From positions 62,806,001 to 62,870,000 of the forward strand of contig NC_043000.1 of NCBI RefSeq assembly GCF_006345805.1: 64,000 bases of DNA, in the 5' to 3' direction. Below, piece by piece: positions 51,842 to 64,000 of the stretch (position 1 is the first letter of the stretch; each line of letters opens with the position of its first letter). The notes beneath the pieces were generated by a model. The model was not told the DNA's origin, made no database searches, and was given only the letters and a program-made list of their open reading frames with translations. A program made the position numbers and the translations under genes. This stretch comes from Octopus sinensis. Its lineage: Eukaryota.

Positions 51842-51890
51842 CATACAGAGAGGGGGGAGAGGGGGAGGGAGAGAGAGAGAGAGAGAGAGA
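51610..51890. repeat. Compound (TA)n/(TACA)n/(GA)n microsatellite
   Basis: Direct reading. Similar tracts at about 13140-13195, 13960-14075, 28918-29000, 30955-31080, 52088-52246 and 61950-62010. Confidence 0.95.
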
Positions 51891-52980
51891 ACGATTGCAG
51901 CGTGGAAGACATAAGTTAGCCATTCCGAAACACACAAAGACCGTCGACTTCACTAAAACATTTCTTTGTAATTTTTTCTGCAGACGATCATAATGTGTTT
52001 CTGAATTGTTAATTTATATCTTCTACTCTGCAATTGCTTTAGTTTCAGCACACGATCTTACATCAAAACACTTAGATCTCCGTAAACATGCATGCATGCA
52101 TGCATGTATGTATGCATGTATGCATGCATGTATGTATGCATGTATGCATGCATGTATGTATGTATGCATGTATGCATGCATGTATGTATGTATGTATGTA
52201 TGTATGTATGTATGTATGTATGTATGTATGTATGCATGCATGCATGTACTTACGAATGTATATGTTTTGTTTGTTCGCCAGTTCGCTGCGGTAAAGCGCC
52301 TGAAGGATGACTACCTTGTACTGGTTCGTAAAACACGTGAAAGTCATAGACAGGCGAGGCGACTCGCCCCAGATCCCATTCAGGAGTGATGGCTATCGAT
52401 ATTTTGCTAATTTTGTGGCTTATCAACATCACGTACATATATATGCATGTAGTTTACATACGCACGCGCACGAACACACACACATATTAAACGGAAATAG
52501 ATATGTATATGAACAAAGTCGCAGGTGTGGCTGTATGGTTCAAAAGTCCTCTACCTGAATGTGAGATATATTGGCGGATTGAACAAGTATATTCTATGAC
52601 GTCGCGTCGACCAATGCTCTCTGAGTGAAATGCGGCAGACGGCAGTTGTACAAAAGCCTGTCTTGTAAGTGCGTTTGCTTACGTGTGTTTGTGTGTGTGT
52701 GTGTGTATGTCTGTGTATGTATGTGTGTGTGTGCATGCGCGCACGTGTAAGTATCTTTTACGTTTAAACTGACTAAAGAAACCGATCTTTTTGTTGCACC
52801 TCTTTATGTTAAAACTGTACTTTAGTATTTCGATAATCAAAGATTGAAAAATGGGTATTGACTGATATAAATACTGAAGTCGATATAATAGGCTAAAATC
52901 TTTCAAAACGGGATCCCCAAAACGGCCGCAGTCACATAATTGAAATTAGAAAAAAGTGCAAAAGAATAAAGATTACATAC

Positions 52981-53184
52981 TGAAATTTCCTGAGAATTGA
53001 CGTCCAATTTCTGAAAACGTTCTTTTTACGGTTTTTCGGAATCTCTGGTCATCATTAGTGGGAATTGTACTCTTCTTGCGTTTAGTGTGCTGATGGACGT
53101 GTGGTCGGACGACGGTTGATCGTATTTTATCTCGCATACACTCTTCAAGGAGTTTACAGTTTATAAGGTTGTCCAGGAGGAGAT
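52981..53184 (-). CDS. SLC4: SLC4 NCBT exon, N-terminal cytosolic domain ((D)LLLDNLINCKLLEECMRDKIRSTVVRPHVHQHTKRKKS...VKRTFSEIGRQFSGNF)
   Basis: Acceptor ggtctttcag|AT, donor TTCA|gtatgt; 204 nt, phase 1 to phase 1. Resembles the SLC4 segment DMVLDNMI...LLKRHHHQ...VRSFADIGK. Not in the ORF track; translated by hand. Confidence 0.88.
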
Positions 53185-54627
53185 CTGAAAGACCAAATTA
53201 ATATATGCATGTTAAGTAGACGATAAACAGACATCGCTAGAGAACAATCAATAAATGCCAACATCACTTTCGATACCAGGTTACTATTTGTTCAATGAGA
53301 TACGTATTAGGCTAGAAGAATAATCATATATACGTATGCGTGGACAACAGTGCGTCCTTATCACATTTTATCACTCGGGAATAAGGGCTGCGTCTGTGAC
53401 CATTTTCAGGGCCTCGGAGACAGGTGGGAAAAAGGTGTACAGAAATACAAGTTATTCAAGTTTTCATAGTCTCTTGACCTACTGAAAGTGGCAGCCAGAT
53501 CTCCCTCATATGACATTCTACTGCCTTATGAAGGTGTCCAATGAATAATACTGTTTTAGATATTGCCGAGAAAGAAGAAAAAATACTGAAGTCCATGCCT
53601 TTCATCGTATCTGCTCGATCAGAGATGATCTGGGGCTAGGCAACTACAATAAGAGCGGTAATAACAGGCGTAGAGAAAGAAATTGAATATAATTGTTGCT
53701 ATAGAAAAACATGCCCAATTGTCAAACTGCAACAGATATGAAATAAGTATCTGTCGTAGTGTGCACATTAGTCTAAGTTAGGTGGACACATAGTATGGAT
53801 ATCTGGAAGTTGTATATAGTCATCCAGTGGACAAAGTGTGTATCATACGTCTGCTCATTCAAAGCTTACTTGAGTTACACAACAAAAACAACAACCAATT
53901 TTTGTGCAACCACGTGTGCAGCACCTTACGCAAGAGTCTTCGATTGTAGCCCGGGACTGATCAATACCTTGGGTATGTGTGTGTATGAGTAAGGGTGTGA
54001 GTGTCCGTGTATATGTATATGCTTGTATTTGTGTTTGTTCACCCCATCGCTTAGCGTCCCAGCAACTTAGCGGTTCGGCAAAATAACCGATAGAATAAGT
54101 ACTAAACTTAAAAACGAAGTATTGAGGTTGATTTGTTCGACTAAACCCGCGAAAGAGATGCTCTAGCATGGCCACACTTCAGTGACAGAAAAAAGTAAAG
54201 ATTTTATTATCGTCATTATGATTTATAACTCACTATTTCTTCTTGATATGAAATACGAGACACTTCTGCTTGACCCATAAACCTGAATTATTGACGACAT
54301 TTTACTACCGACAAAGTCAGAGCCGACAAGAGAGCCTCTACGCACCCGTTCAGCCTACTAGAAATAGCTGTCAAATTTCCTTGAAATCGCAGCAAACCAT
54401 TTTAAAGAAAGGAAAGAGACACTGAAAAATGTATCCTAGATAAAAGGAAAAAAAAAAACATAACGGTTACAGTTGGAAATCTTTTGACCGTAACAACAAC
54501 AACCACAACAAATATCTTGGCCTAAACTCGCTGTCTTTGCCATCAATTATTAGAATAATGATAGTTAAATCCAGTAGATGTGTATGCAAACGAAATTTTT
54601 GAGCAAAATATAAAGTAATATAAATAA

Positions 54628-55020
54628 TAAACAAAATCGAACACATATACACAAGGTGTGTGTGTTGTTAGTTCGTCGGGTGGTTGCGGTTTTTAGGCGT
54701 AAGATAATATATTCTCGATATTCTTGGTGTAAAACACCTGAAAGCAAGTCATAAACAAGCGAGACAACTTACATCAAATCCCATTTTTTCGTAGCGAAAG
54801 ACATCGATGTTTCGTCATCATTTTGACTTAACAAAATGACGAAACATTGATGTATGTCGCTCCGAGAAAAAGAGATTTGATGTAAGTTGTTTCGCTTGCC
54901 TGTGACTTACTTTCAGGTGTTTTACACAAAGGACATTGAGAATATATTATCTTACGCCTAAAAACCGCGACCGCCCGACGAACTAACAACACACACATTC
55001 TGTGTGTTCAATTTTGTTTA
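54628..55020. repeat. About 390-bp near-perfect palindrome (MITE-like)
   Basis: TAAACAAAATCGAACAC...GTTAGTTCGTCGGG...ACATCGATGTTTCGTCAT mirrored by ATGACGAAACATTGATGT...CCCGACGAACTAAC...GTGTTCAATTTTGTTTA; centre about 54825-54832. Confidence 0.9.
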
Positions 55021-56856
55021 TATACATTGAGCTGCTTCAAATTCATATTTAATCTCTCTATATATAAAGCTGAAGTTGTCTGTGTACGGCAGGTTTGGTA
55101 GTCTTCAACTAACACTATCTCCTCCGAGACCCTGCGGCGTAAGTTGACCAAAATTGAGAGTATGGCAGAATCGGACCATGTTAACACCAAAAATTATTTA
55201 CATCAAAAATGTGCTTTTTTTCTTTGAAAATCCTTATATTTTTACGAAATTTTGACTGCTGTGTCGCCATTTTTCGGTGTATTTCAACCAGAAAAATGTT
55301 CACTTAAAGAGAATAACAAGCTACATAATGCAAAAATTTTACTTTTCAAAAATTCCAATTTTAAAGGGTCGAAACAAACCCGAGCAACGCCGGGTGATAC
55401 TGCTAGTATAAATAATAATAGTTTCTGGTTTAAAACCAGCAGTTTTAAGGAGGAAGGAGAAGTCGATTACATCGACCCAGTATTATCGACCCCCGAAAGT
55501 ATGAATGGCCAAGTTGACCTCAAAGGAATTTGAACGCAGAACACGAGTCGGAAGAAATAGCACCACGCGGCATTTTGTTCGACGAACCAACGATTCTGTT
55601 AGCTCGCCGCCTGTTGATCTTGAGATGGTGTCTGAGATTACATTGTGCAATGTGTTCTTGGATTGTTTTGAAAGATGTAATTTAAATGTATTTTGAGGGA
55701 GATTTGGCAGATATTTCAAGCAAGTTGAGCGATCACATGGAAAAAAAAAGCTACAAAGCGTAGTAATCCCCTACATATCTTTTATGGATCGTTTCTGTCA
55801 CTGGACTGAGGACATGCTGGTACATCGCCTTGAAGGGTTTGGTTGTCGATCACACATTCTATTGGTCTCTTACGCCGGACCAGTAAGTTATGTGGACGTA
55901 AACAAACCACCAGTAGTTGACAGTGAGTGAATATGACACACACACACTGCATATGCATGAATTTATTTTACATGAAAATTGAAGGATTATTCAATAGATT
56001 TGGTAGAGTACAATTTATTCTTTAGCAATATAGTATTGACAGTGACTACGAAGTTTCGGCCAATTAAGCTTAGTTGGCCGAAACTTCAGTCACGTGTGTG
56101 TGTGTGTGTGTGTTTGTGTGTGCTGAGGTCGATTCATTCAGCTAAAAATTATTCAAGACGGGGCCCTAGCATGGCCACAATCTTATAACTGAAACAAATG
56201 TGAGATAAAAGGTAAAAGATATGACGGGCTACCACAATTTCCGTTTACCAAATCCACTCAAAAGGTATTAGTTGGTCCAGAGCTACAGTAAAAGACTCTT
56301 ATCCAAGGTGCCGGGTACTGGGACTGAACCAGAACCCGCATGGTTGTAAATGAATGTAAATAGGAGGGTCTCAGGAATACTGTTTTTGGATACATGATGG
56401 TGAAGAGGTCTTAATAGACGGGTTCATGGCCATCGAATGTTATTTAGGAGGCGTGGTTATCTCATGTTGAAAGTTGTCTCAAAACTTCCTTTAAAGACTA
56501 GAAGCAGCTGACATTTAAAACTGAATCACGAAACAGATTAGCAGATATTTAATATTTTTCACCTTTCATCAGTACACATTGCAGTCAGTCGGATAACATA
56601 ACAAAACATTAATACGGCCTGGATTTAAAAAGCATGCTTTCCAGCCGTGCGGTCTTCAGTTCAGTCTCACTGCGCAGCACCTTGGGCAAAAGTATTCTAA
56701 TATAGTCCGCCCCAGAACGACTAAAGCCCTGTGAGTGGATTTGGTTGACGGAAACTGAAAGAGGTCAGATGTTTTATATATATATATATATATATAATTA
56801 CACCAAGTAGTGAAATTAATTAATTAATTATTCCAAATTAATTAATTTCACCCTTC

Positions 56857-56906
<50 letters not shown>

Positions 56907-57464
56907 ATATATATAAGTTCCTGTAACTTAGCGGTTAAGCAAAAGAGATCAATAGAATAAGTATCAGGCTTTAAAAATAAGCACTGGGGCCAAGACGGTG
57001 CCCCAGCATGATCGTAGTCCGAAGACTGAAATAAATAAAGCATAAAAGATACACACACACACTGCTAAGAACTAGACTTATAGATAGACGGGAATAATAT
57101 AGTCCGCAGTAACTCTAATGTCCATCTTAGGCCAGTAGCACTATAACACACATGACTTGTTGTTTAAATATCTTTTCATACGCGTTACCAATACATCTAA
57201 TTCTCATAAACGTTATTAGACTACTAACTACTCAAACTTTTACGTCTATCGACCACTTCAATGAACTAACGATGTCGCTCGACATGCTGGCAGCAGCAGC
57301 CAAATCTCTCTCTCAAAAAGTGCCTTATCCTCTTAAATAGAAAAATGATACATTACATAATGCAATCCTAAAAAAGGCGCGATGGTCTTTCCAATTGCTC
57401 AATCAGGACAAACCCGGGGCCAGACAACTGCAACAATAACTACTACTAATAGTAGTATAGTAGA

Positions 57465-57750
57465 GGCGCAATGGCCCAGTGGTTATGGCAGCGGGCTCGC
57501 GGTCGGAGGATCGCGGTTTTGATTCCCAGACCAGGCGTTGTGTGTGTTTATTGAGCGAAAACACATAAAAGCTCCACGATGCTCCAGCAGGGGTTGTACT
57601 CTTTCGCCACAACTTTCTCTCACTCTCTCTTCCTGTTTCTTGAGTAACGCTGCGATGGACTGGCGTCCCGTCCAGTTGCGAGGAACACATACCCCACAGA
57701 AACCGGGAAACCGGGCCCATGAGCCTGGCTAGGCTTGAAAAGGGCGACAA
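57465..57750 (+). mobile_element. tRNA-headed SINE with V-domain-like core
   Basis: A-box TGGCCCAGTGG, B-box-like GGTTTTGATTCC, core CTGCGATGGACTGGCGTCCCGTCCAG, 3' GAAACCGGGAAACCGGG. Confidence 0.65.
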
Positions 57751-60674
57751 GAAGAGTAGTATATGTTATACCCACATTTATAATAGTTAACAAAAAAAGG
57801 ATTCATCGGGATCTGGAACTGCATCGCGAGATTATCTTAATACTGAAACAGGTGTTGTTGTGTAGCTTCGGTCGGCTTCCATTGAGCAAACTTATATAAT
57901 CAAAGACATTTTAACCGCTTTTTAAAGTACAGCGAGCCAAGAGGTACAGTGTCAGATTTAGGCATAGGATAACAAACTACAGTTTAGGACCTCACAATCG
58001 GCAGGAGCATCAGAATAATTAAAAAGCATATGTGTTTTTAACTTCTGTGAGATTTGTGTGTGTAACTTTTTAATAAAAATATCCATGCTTTATATAGCTC
58101 GGAATTTCATGTCTAAATCCAGGACTACCACGAGTACATGAGCTAAGGTTTTTCTTTCATACAGTCGAAATTTGACTGTTATTTGTGGCAGGTAGAACGA
58201 CGACCAAGCAATAGTTTCTTTGGTAGTTTGCTCGAGCAGTCGTTTCTTGTTCGTGTGAGAGATGAAATATTTTGTAACTACTAGTTCACGTGTCTAAATT
58301 TTGGATGGAATTTGTCCTAAATGTCCAGTGCGCGTATAGGTATGTCTTTATTAAAACGTGTCTATAAGATTTAAATATTTCAGTACTCTTCTGTTTGATT
58401 CATGCTGCATAACTCTAGAACATGAGTTCTTAAACTAGGGTACGCATACCGATAAAGAAATTATGCCGATACATGTGAGCTGTAAAATCCCTTGAATTTT
58501 GGAAGCAATCATAACCAACTACTTTTCAGTGCTGTAAACCTCTGATGGAGGCAGGGGTGGGGAGATGAAATTGCCAAATATGTTGTTTGGGTGCCTTGGC
58601 TTTCATAATTATAATTAGTGACAAATTATACATGGTTCGTTTCATGGTACCCAATCATTTTACGATATATTCTTCAAAAGGAGTATGTCAACATTGCTGG
58701 ACATGACGAATGGGGGCACTCTAGAAGTATGTTTCTTCCGCTTTATTATGAAAGACTACGCCATTTATGAAAGACTGTTTCACTGACGTCTGAATAACAC
58801 TTTGCCTGTCCTACTTATCACACGTAATACACAAGATATATTTCCCTTGCGTCCATGCATCATACACATCCTCAATTTGTTTCAACCACCAGGGTAACTG
58901 AGTACTTATGAAAGGGCGTATGAAATGAAACAAGAGTTAGCTAAAGTCTGAAAACAGCATTCAACTTTTAAGACAAATTTATGAAAATACTTTGGACAGG
59001 CAATGGATTAGATTGCCCATATACTACTGTAACGATGGTTAGTTTATATATTAATAGATCATATCTAAACATGTTACGAATATTGTATGAAATAGAAGTG
59101 CATTAATGAATTCCTCTATGTGGAAGACTAGAGTTTGTATGCTTTAGTATTACCGATTTCCATTAATGACGTCAGTTAAATGTAAGTATCCGTAATACAA
59201 CAATGATTCGGAGTTGTGTTATTGATATTTACTTGGGTGTGTCTCTTTTCTAAGCATCAGAAGGTGTTATGTATATTAAGATATTGACGAGTTAATTAAT
59301 GATGATTAACAATGTACACAAAGAGACATCGTATTTTACTACAATGCAAACTGCAGGGTAATTACTGGTAACAATGTAGTTACAATAACTGTTAAAACTT
59401 GTTTCATAAGCATGAGAATTTCAGTGTTGAGGGTGAGAGATCGAATTTTTAATTAGGCTGTCGTCAGGATTACGTTCTCTTAGGACATAATATAAATGTA
59501 ATCAACAGCTTTGTGAAAAATGTTCTTATTTTAAGCAAATATACTGTCTTAACGATGTGGGGTATTTAAGAGGTTGCTCGATCTGCGAGAAATAGCATCA
59601 AATTTTCCAAAACCAAACCTTTAACCGTTTTAAACAATGAAGGACAATCTGGATTATATACTATTAGAAGCTCTACAGAAGTACGATGGTCGTGGTTGGA
59701 ATCCCTTTGAACCTAAGTCTACTCAATCAATTTTTTGACCCGAGGGTAAATAACAGCAATATATTCTTAATTGGAAAATCCTGTTGGATTATTTTTAATT
59801 ACTGAGAAAACTTGTTTCTGTTTGTATATAGTTATGTTGTCCTGACAGAAAAAACAGTTATTGTTGCAAGTGGTGATGATGGCTAACCCCAGATTAGCCT
59901 AAACAAATAGATTTATGATCAAAGGCGTTCGTGACTATTCCGTTGGTTTTTCTATATTTTACCTTTTTTTTCTTAAGCACTGCATTACCTTATGTATCCT
60001 TTCTTCTTTTAAGCGAAAGTGTATAATTTGAGGAAAATTTGGTTACTATTTCTTGCAGGTCAAGTGCCCACGAAGAGGTTCTCTGTTTGGCTTGAAAAAT
60101 AACACTTTAAGAAAGAGTTATCTGCTACCTATCGATCTTTAGATAGATACTCTACTACTGAGCTATATCTCAGATGGCAAAACAGTTTCTTTTGTTACCT
60201 TTAGCTTTCATTTTTCTATACTATCTCCCATCTTTCTACTTTCCATGTTTATACAGCAGCGAAATCATATCCCGCTTTTTATTAATTTAAAGTGCAAAAA
60301 CCTATCAACAACCGAGTTTAGTTAAGCATTATTTTCAGTTGCAAGCATCTATCTGTACGCTCTTAGTTTGGGATTTATCCAAGTCCTCCATCCCTCTCAG
60401 AATTCAAGCAAGTCCCTAAAATAAAATAACAAAACTCTTTTGTTTCAGTCAAGACAGCTCTTGATATCCATGGATATATGAATGAGTTTGCGTGTGCATA
60501 TATTTATATGCATTCATCACTAAATCTGCGCTCATGCAATGAGTGTGCATGCTATTTTTTAGTGCCCAAATATGTGCATTTCAGTGAGTAATCATATATA
60601 CAGCATTGTGAACATACATTCAGTTCAAGCATCTCAAACGGAGAACCCCGGAACAGTTTTACGAATAAGTAAAC

Positions 60675-60713
<39 letters not shown>

Positions 60714-60967
60714 CTATGTCCGGTCGCTCACAAGTGCTATTGGTAGCATGTAGTCTGGTACAATTTGTTGTTGGTGACTAAACTGGTTTCCACACCAAGC
60801 TTGCCTAGTGCCGACAGTTGACTATTTCACTCGTTGACTATCGAATAATTGTGCAAGGACATAGAAATACTCATGATAATGAACGAGTGCGCCGCAAGAC
60901 TACCTGAAAGTGATAGGCCCCTAGTTCTGGTTAGAACGTCTGTCGAGACACACACGCACATATATAT

Positions 60968-61335
60968 TTGCATACCCAAGCATTTTTCTATCCCGTTTTC
61001 TGGTGAGAATGTAGTCAATATACCTTGTGTGCCCACCAGATTGATAGATGAACTTGTGACCGGTTGGTTTCTTGAAGTTCGCGTTGTAAATCATGAGATC
61101 GTTTGCGTTACAGAACTTCTAGAGCCTTGTTCCCTCTTTAATTCTGGGACTAAATGCATAGCTTCCATGTTACAACTTGCAATCTATCAGATTACTGCCC
61201 AACATGTCCATTGAAGTCGCTGGCCACGAAGATCAGGTAAAAGGACTATGTAAAATTAGACCTTTCGTTCATCTGCCACTCCGGACTGAGAAGCATGAAC
61301 AAAGATGATTATGCTATCGTACAATCTAACTACCT
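60968..61335 (-). mobile_element. RTE-type APE endonuclease fragment (decayed LINE)
   Basis: Hand translation: IIFVHASQSGVADERK..., LIFVASDFNGHVG, EGTRL*KFCNANDLMIYNANFKKP...YIDYILTRKRDR; contains stops. Confidence 0.82.
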
Positions 61336-61757
61336 CGATCGCCCTCGCATTTCTCTGTCAACATATAGCTGTATCACAGAATTGACCAATCTATCGGATG
61401 CTGTTACACACCGCTGGTGACAATGCATCTTCTCGTATTGTTGTTTCTTTCGAAAGACACCACCCTGCCGGCCAGTTCGACATAGGGTCACCCATTTATG
61501 GGAACAACGTGAAATGAAGCGTTTTTGCTCAAGAACACAATACACTGTCGATGTGGGAATCGAAACCAAAGTCTTGCAATTGTGTGTGCAACGACCTTAC
61601 CTCTTGGCCACGTACCTTTTACTATATGTGTGAATGTGAGTATCTCAAGCAGCGGTGGAAGCCAAAAAGGAACATACGGAAAAACAGGAAAGAAGAAACA
61701 AGATAAAATACGCACAATGGATGCAGGGTTGCTTAATGCCTCATTACTTATCGATCA

Positions 61758-61791
<34 letters not shown>

Positions 61792-61962
61792 GTTCATGTT
61801 GTAAGGCTTCAACAAGTAGAGTAGCACTCGCTCAGCTAAAACAAGGAAGATAATGTCATAACAGAAATAATATATTTCACAGCGTTTGTGATTTTTATTA
61901 TAACATTATCTCTCTCTCTCTCCTCCTCCTCTCTCTCCCTCTCTCTAAACATATATATATAT

Positions 61963-62014
<52 letters not shown>

Positions 62015-64000
62015 GTGTGTGTGTATTGCCTGCTGCAACTCATAATTTTACCGACTGACGAAATGCAAGATATATTTAAGTGAAACAACGCGGTGCAAAA
62101 GGGTGGGTTGGGTCTCTGAATGCTTATTTCATTGCTTGCTGCCAGCCCAGTTTGAGAAATCAGCGTAATAGATATCAGCAATATCCTACTCTATGTATTC
62201 AGTGCGTTTTCTTCAGCCTGTCATAGAACAACGTAAATACGCTCGCGCACGCACATTCAATATATAATATAGTGCTACAATGACAATTTTATCGTAGCCC
62301 TGGTAATACTGTTGTAAATTTTGATAATAATATAAAAGCATAATAAATACATGACAGAAAAATGTATAAAACTGTTTGATAACGACACTGAAGTGCAAAC
62401 ATATGTATATACTTCAAAGCTTTGAAAGAAGCAAAAGTTAAAGTCCTGTTTTGTGACAGTTCTGAGATTTCGAGTCGCAAGCATATGAAGAGGCAACGGT
62501 TAAGTGGTTCCCACATAAATACCTCATATGTAAGTACAGACATACAGACAGAAACACGCACTCATATGATTGCTAGCGTCATCATCGTCACAGACGTCGT
62601 CGTTTTAAGTCGCCTTTCCATGAAAAGATGAGTTGGGTAGTATAAGGACATACCCTCTCTCATACATGTGTATATATACGCGTGTGCATGTGTGCAAATG
62701 ACTGTGCGTATGCGTGTATATATTAAGGCGGACAATTAGCAGAGACTTTATCGTCTCATTAACTGCTCTTGTCACTCCTAGTTCAAATCCCGCCGAGGCC
62801 AACTTTGTCTCTTCCATCATTTCGTGGTTGACAGATTTGTATTAGAGTTAACAGATTTGTATTAGAGTAGATTCTTCTCTCTCTTTCTTTCTTTCTTTCC
62901 TACACATAATGCACCCACGTTGCACACATATAATGTGTGTGTATATATGTATGTGTATGTACGTGGTCATGTGTGTGTACAAATCGCTTCTAGTAACTGA
63001 TCTATTTTGTAGTAATTTCTCTAAGTCTCTCTCCAAACATAATTCGTTAAAGCCCACTTCTTGTTTTAACATCCAACTTTCATATATGAATATTCGAGCT
63101 TTTAAAAAAATGTACTGTGCTACTTAAAGCTGGTTGTGCTTCAAACAGAAAAACGTTTCTTAGCACAAAAGTGTCATTAAGCTGCTGATTCCTAGTTATA
63201 CATTGAGAGTAGCAAGCTGGAGTTTGTTTCCTTTTCTTAATTTCGCATTTTACTAGAGAGGCACAGCTTCCTGTAGAATCATTAGTTCTGGGGTTGGTCT
63301 TCTTTCGTTTCACTGCGGAAATACATTTTTTTCATTTGAGTCTTTGATCAGAGCCTTGTCAAGTTCTACGATAAGGTTTTGTTGTTCAGCAGGTTTGGTT
63401 TTTGGTACTTAGTTTAAAAGAAAATTATTGCGGAGATCAATGACTGAACTTTGTGTTCCCATATTGGTAAGTGAAACGGGGAAACAACGAAAGTAACACT
63501 ATTTGCGAAAACTGTTTCTTTATAATTCATTGAAAAATCCGATTCCATTATCTGGAAGCATTACTGTTAGCTATTATGTGTGACGAAGTCATTCCCAAAG
63601 TTTTTTATTTGAATATATAACGAACACAATTAATTTGAACAGACTGCAACTGACTGAACCGAAGCACATCATTCTACATGTCTATGCCGAGATTGTGGGA
63701 ATTGACCTAACAAGGAGCAGTCACTCTATCAGCTAGAGATAACCTTTACATTCCCCTTAAGCCAAGCCGTAACCGTTTTAAAAAATGAGGGACATAATGG
63801 AAGATATAGTCCAGGGTACATTGTTTGAAAATAAGATGTGGTGCTCATGGCTGAAACTCTTTGACCGTGGGTCTGCTCAATCAGAGCCGACCTGGGATAA
63901 AGCAACGATCACAAGGATCTAAATGGTAATTAGTGACAAAGTTTTCTGTACAACTTAACCCTACATTGGATCAATTCAATATTTGGACATGTTATTTTTT

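Noticed and set aside
51533-52347. Many overlapping ORFs (YIYIYI, MHACMYV)
   Set aside because: Translations of (TA)n and (TATG/CATG)n microsatellites.
53185-64000. Expected upstream SLC4 exons (WKETARW, KFEEDVE, WSKPHV motifs)
   Set aside because: Not found by eye on the minus strand; probably beyond the window, implying an intron longer than 10.8 kb.

Overview
AT-rich, microsatellite-dense eukaryotic DNA. The repeat families look like octopus/coleoid cephalopod sequence (inferred from recognition, not a database match). The window is dominated by one minus-strand gene, an SLC4-family Na+-coupled bicarbonate transporter (NCBT). I reconstructed 16 well-supported GT-AG coding exons between 53184 and about 1432 (roughly 930 aa). 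Splice phases are consistent at every junction. The exons cover part of the cytosolic N-domain, the whole transmembrane domain and the C-tail. The most N-terminal exons were not found and probably lie beyond 64000. Three additional exon candidates were noted: a 33-nt in-frame microexon (49653-49685), a terminal exon ending in a PDZ-type motif (977-1035), and a possible alternative exon (52315-52438). The introns hold several tRNA-derived SINE families, a full-length decayed mariner plus three mariner remnants, CR1, RTE and Penelope-like fragments, piggyBac- and hAT-type MITEs, a probable solo LTR and three long palindromes. The most notable unexplained large-scale feature is a sharp change at about 45.7 kb from CpG-depleted to CpG-retaining sequence inside the gene.
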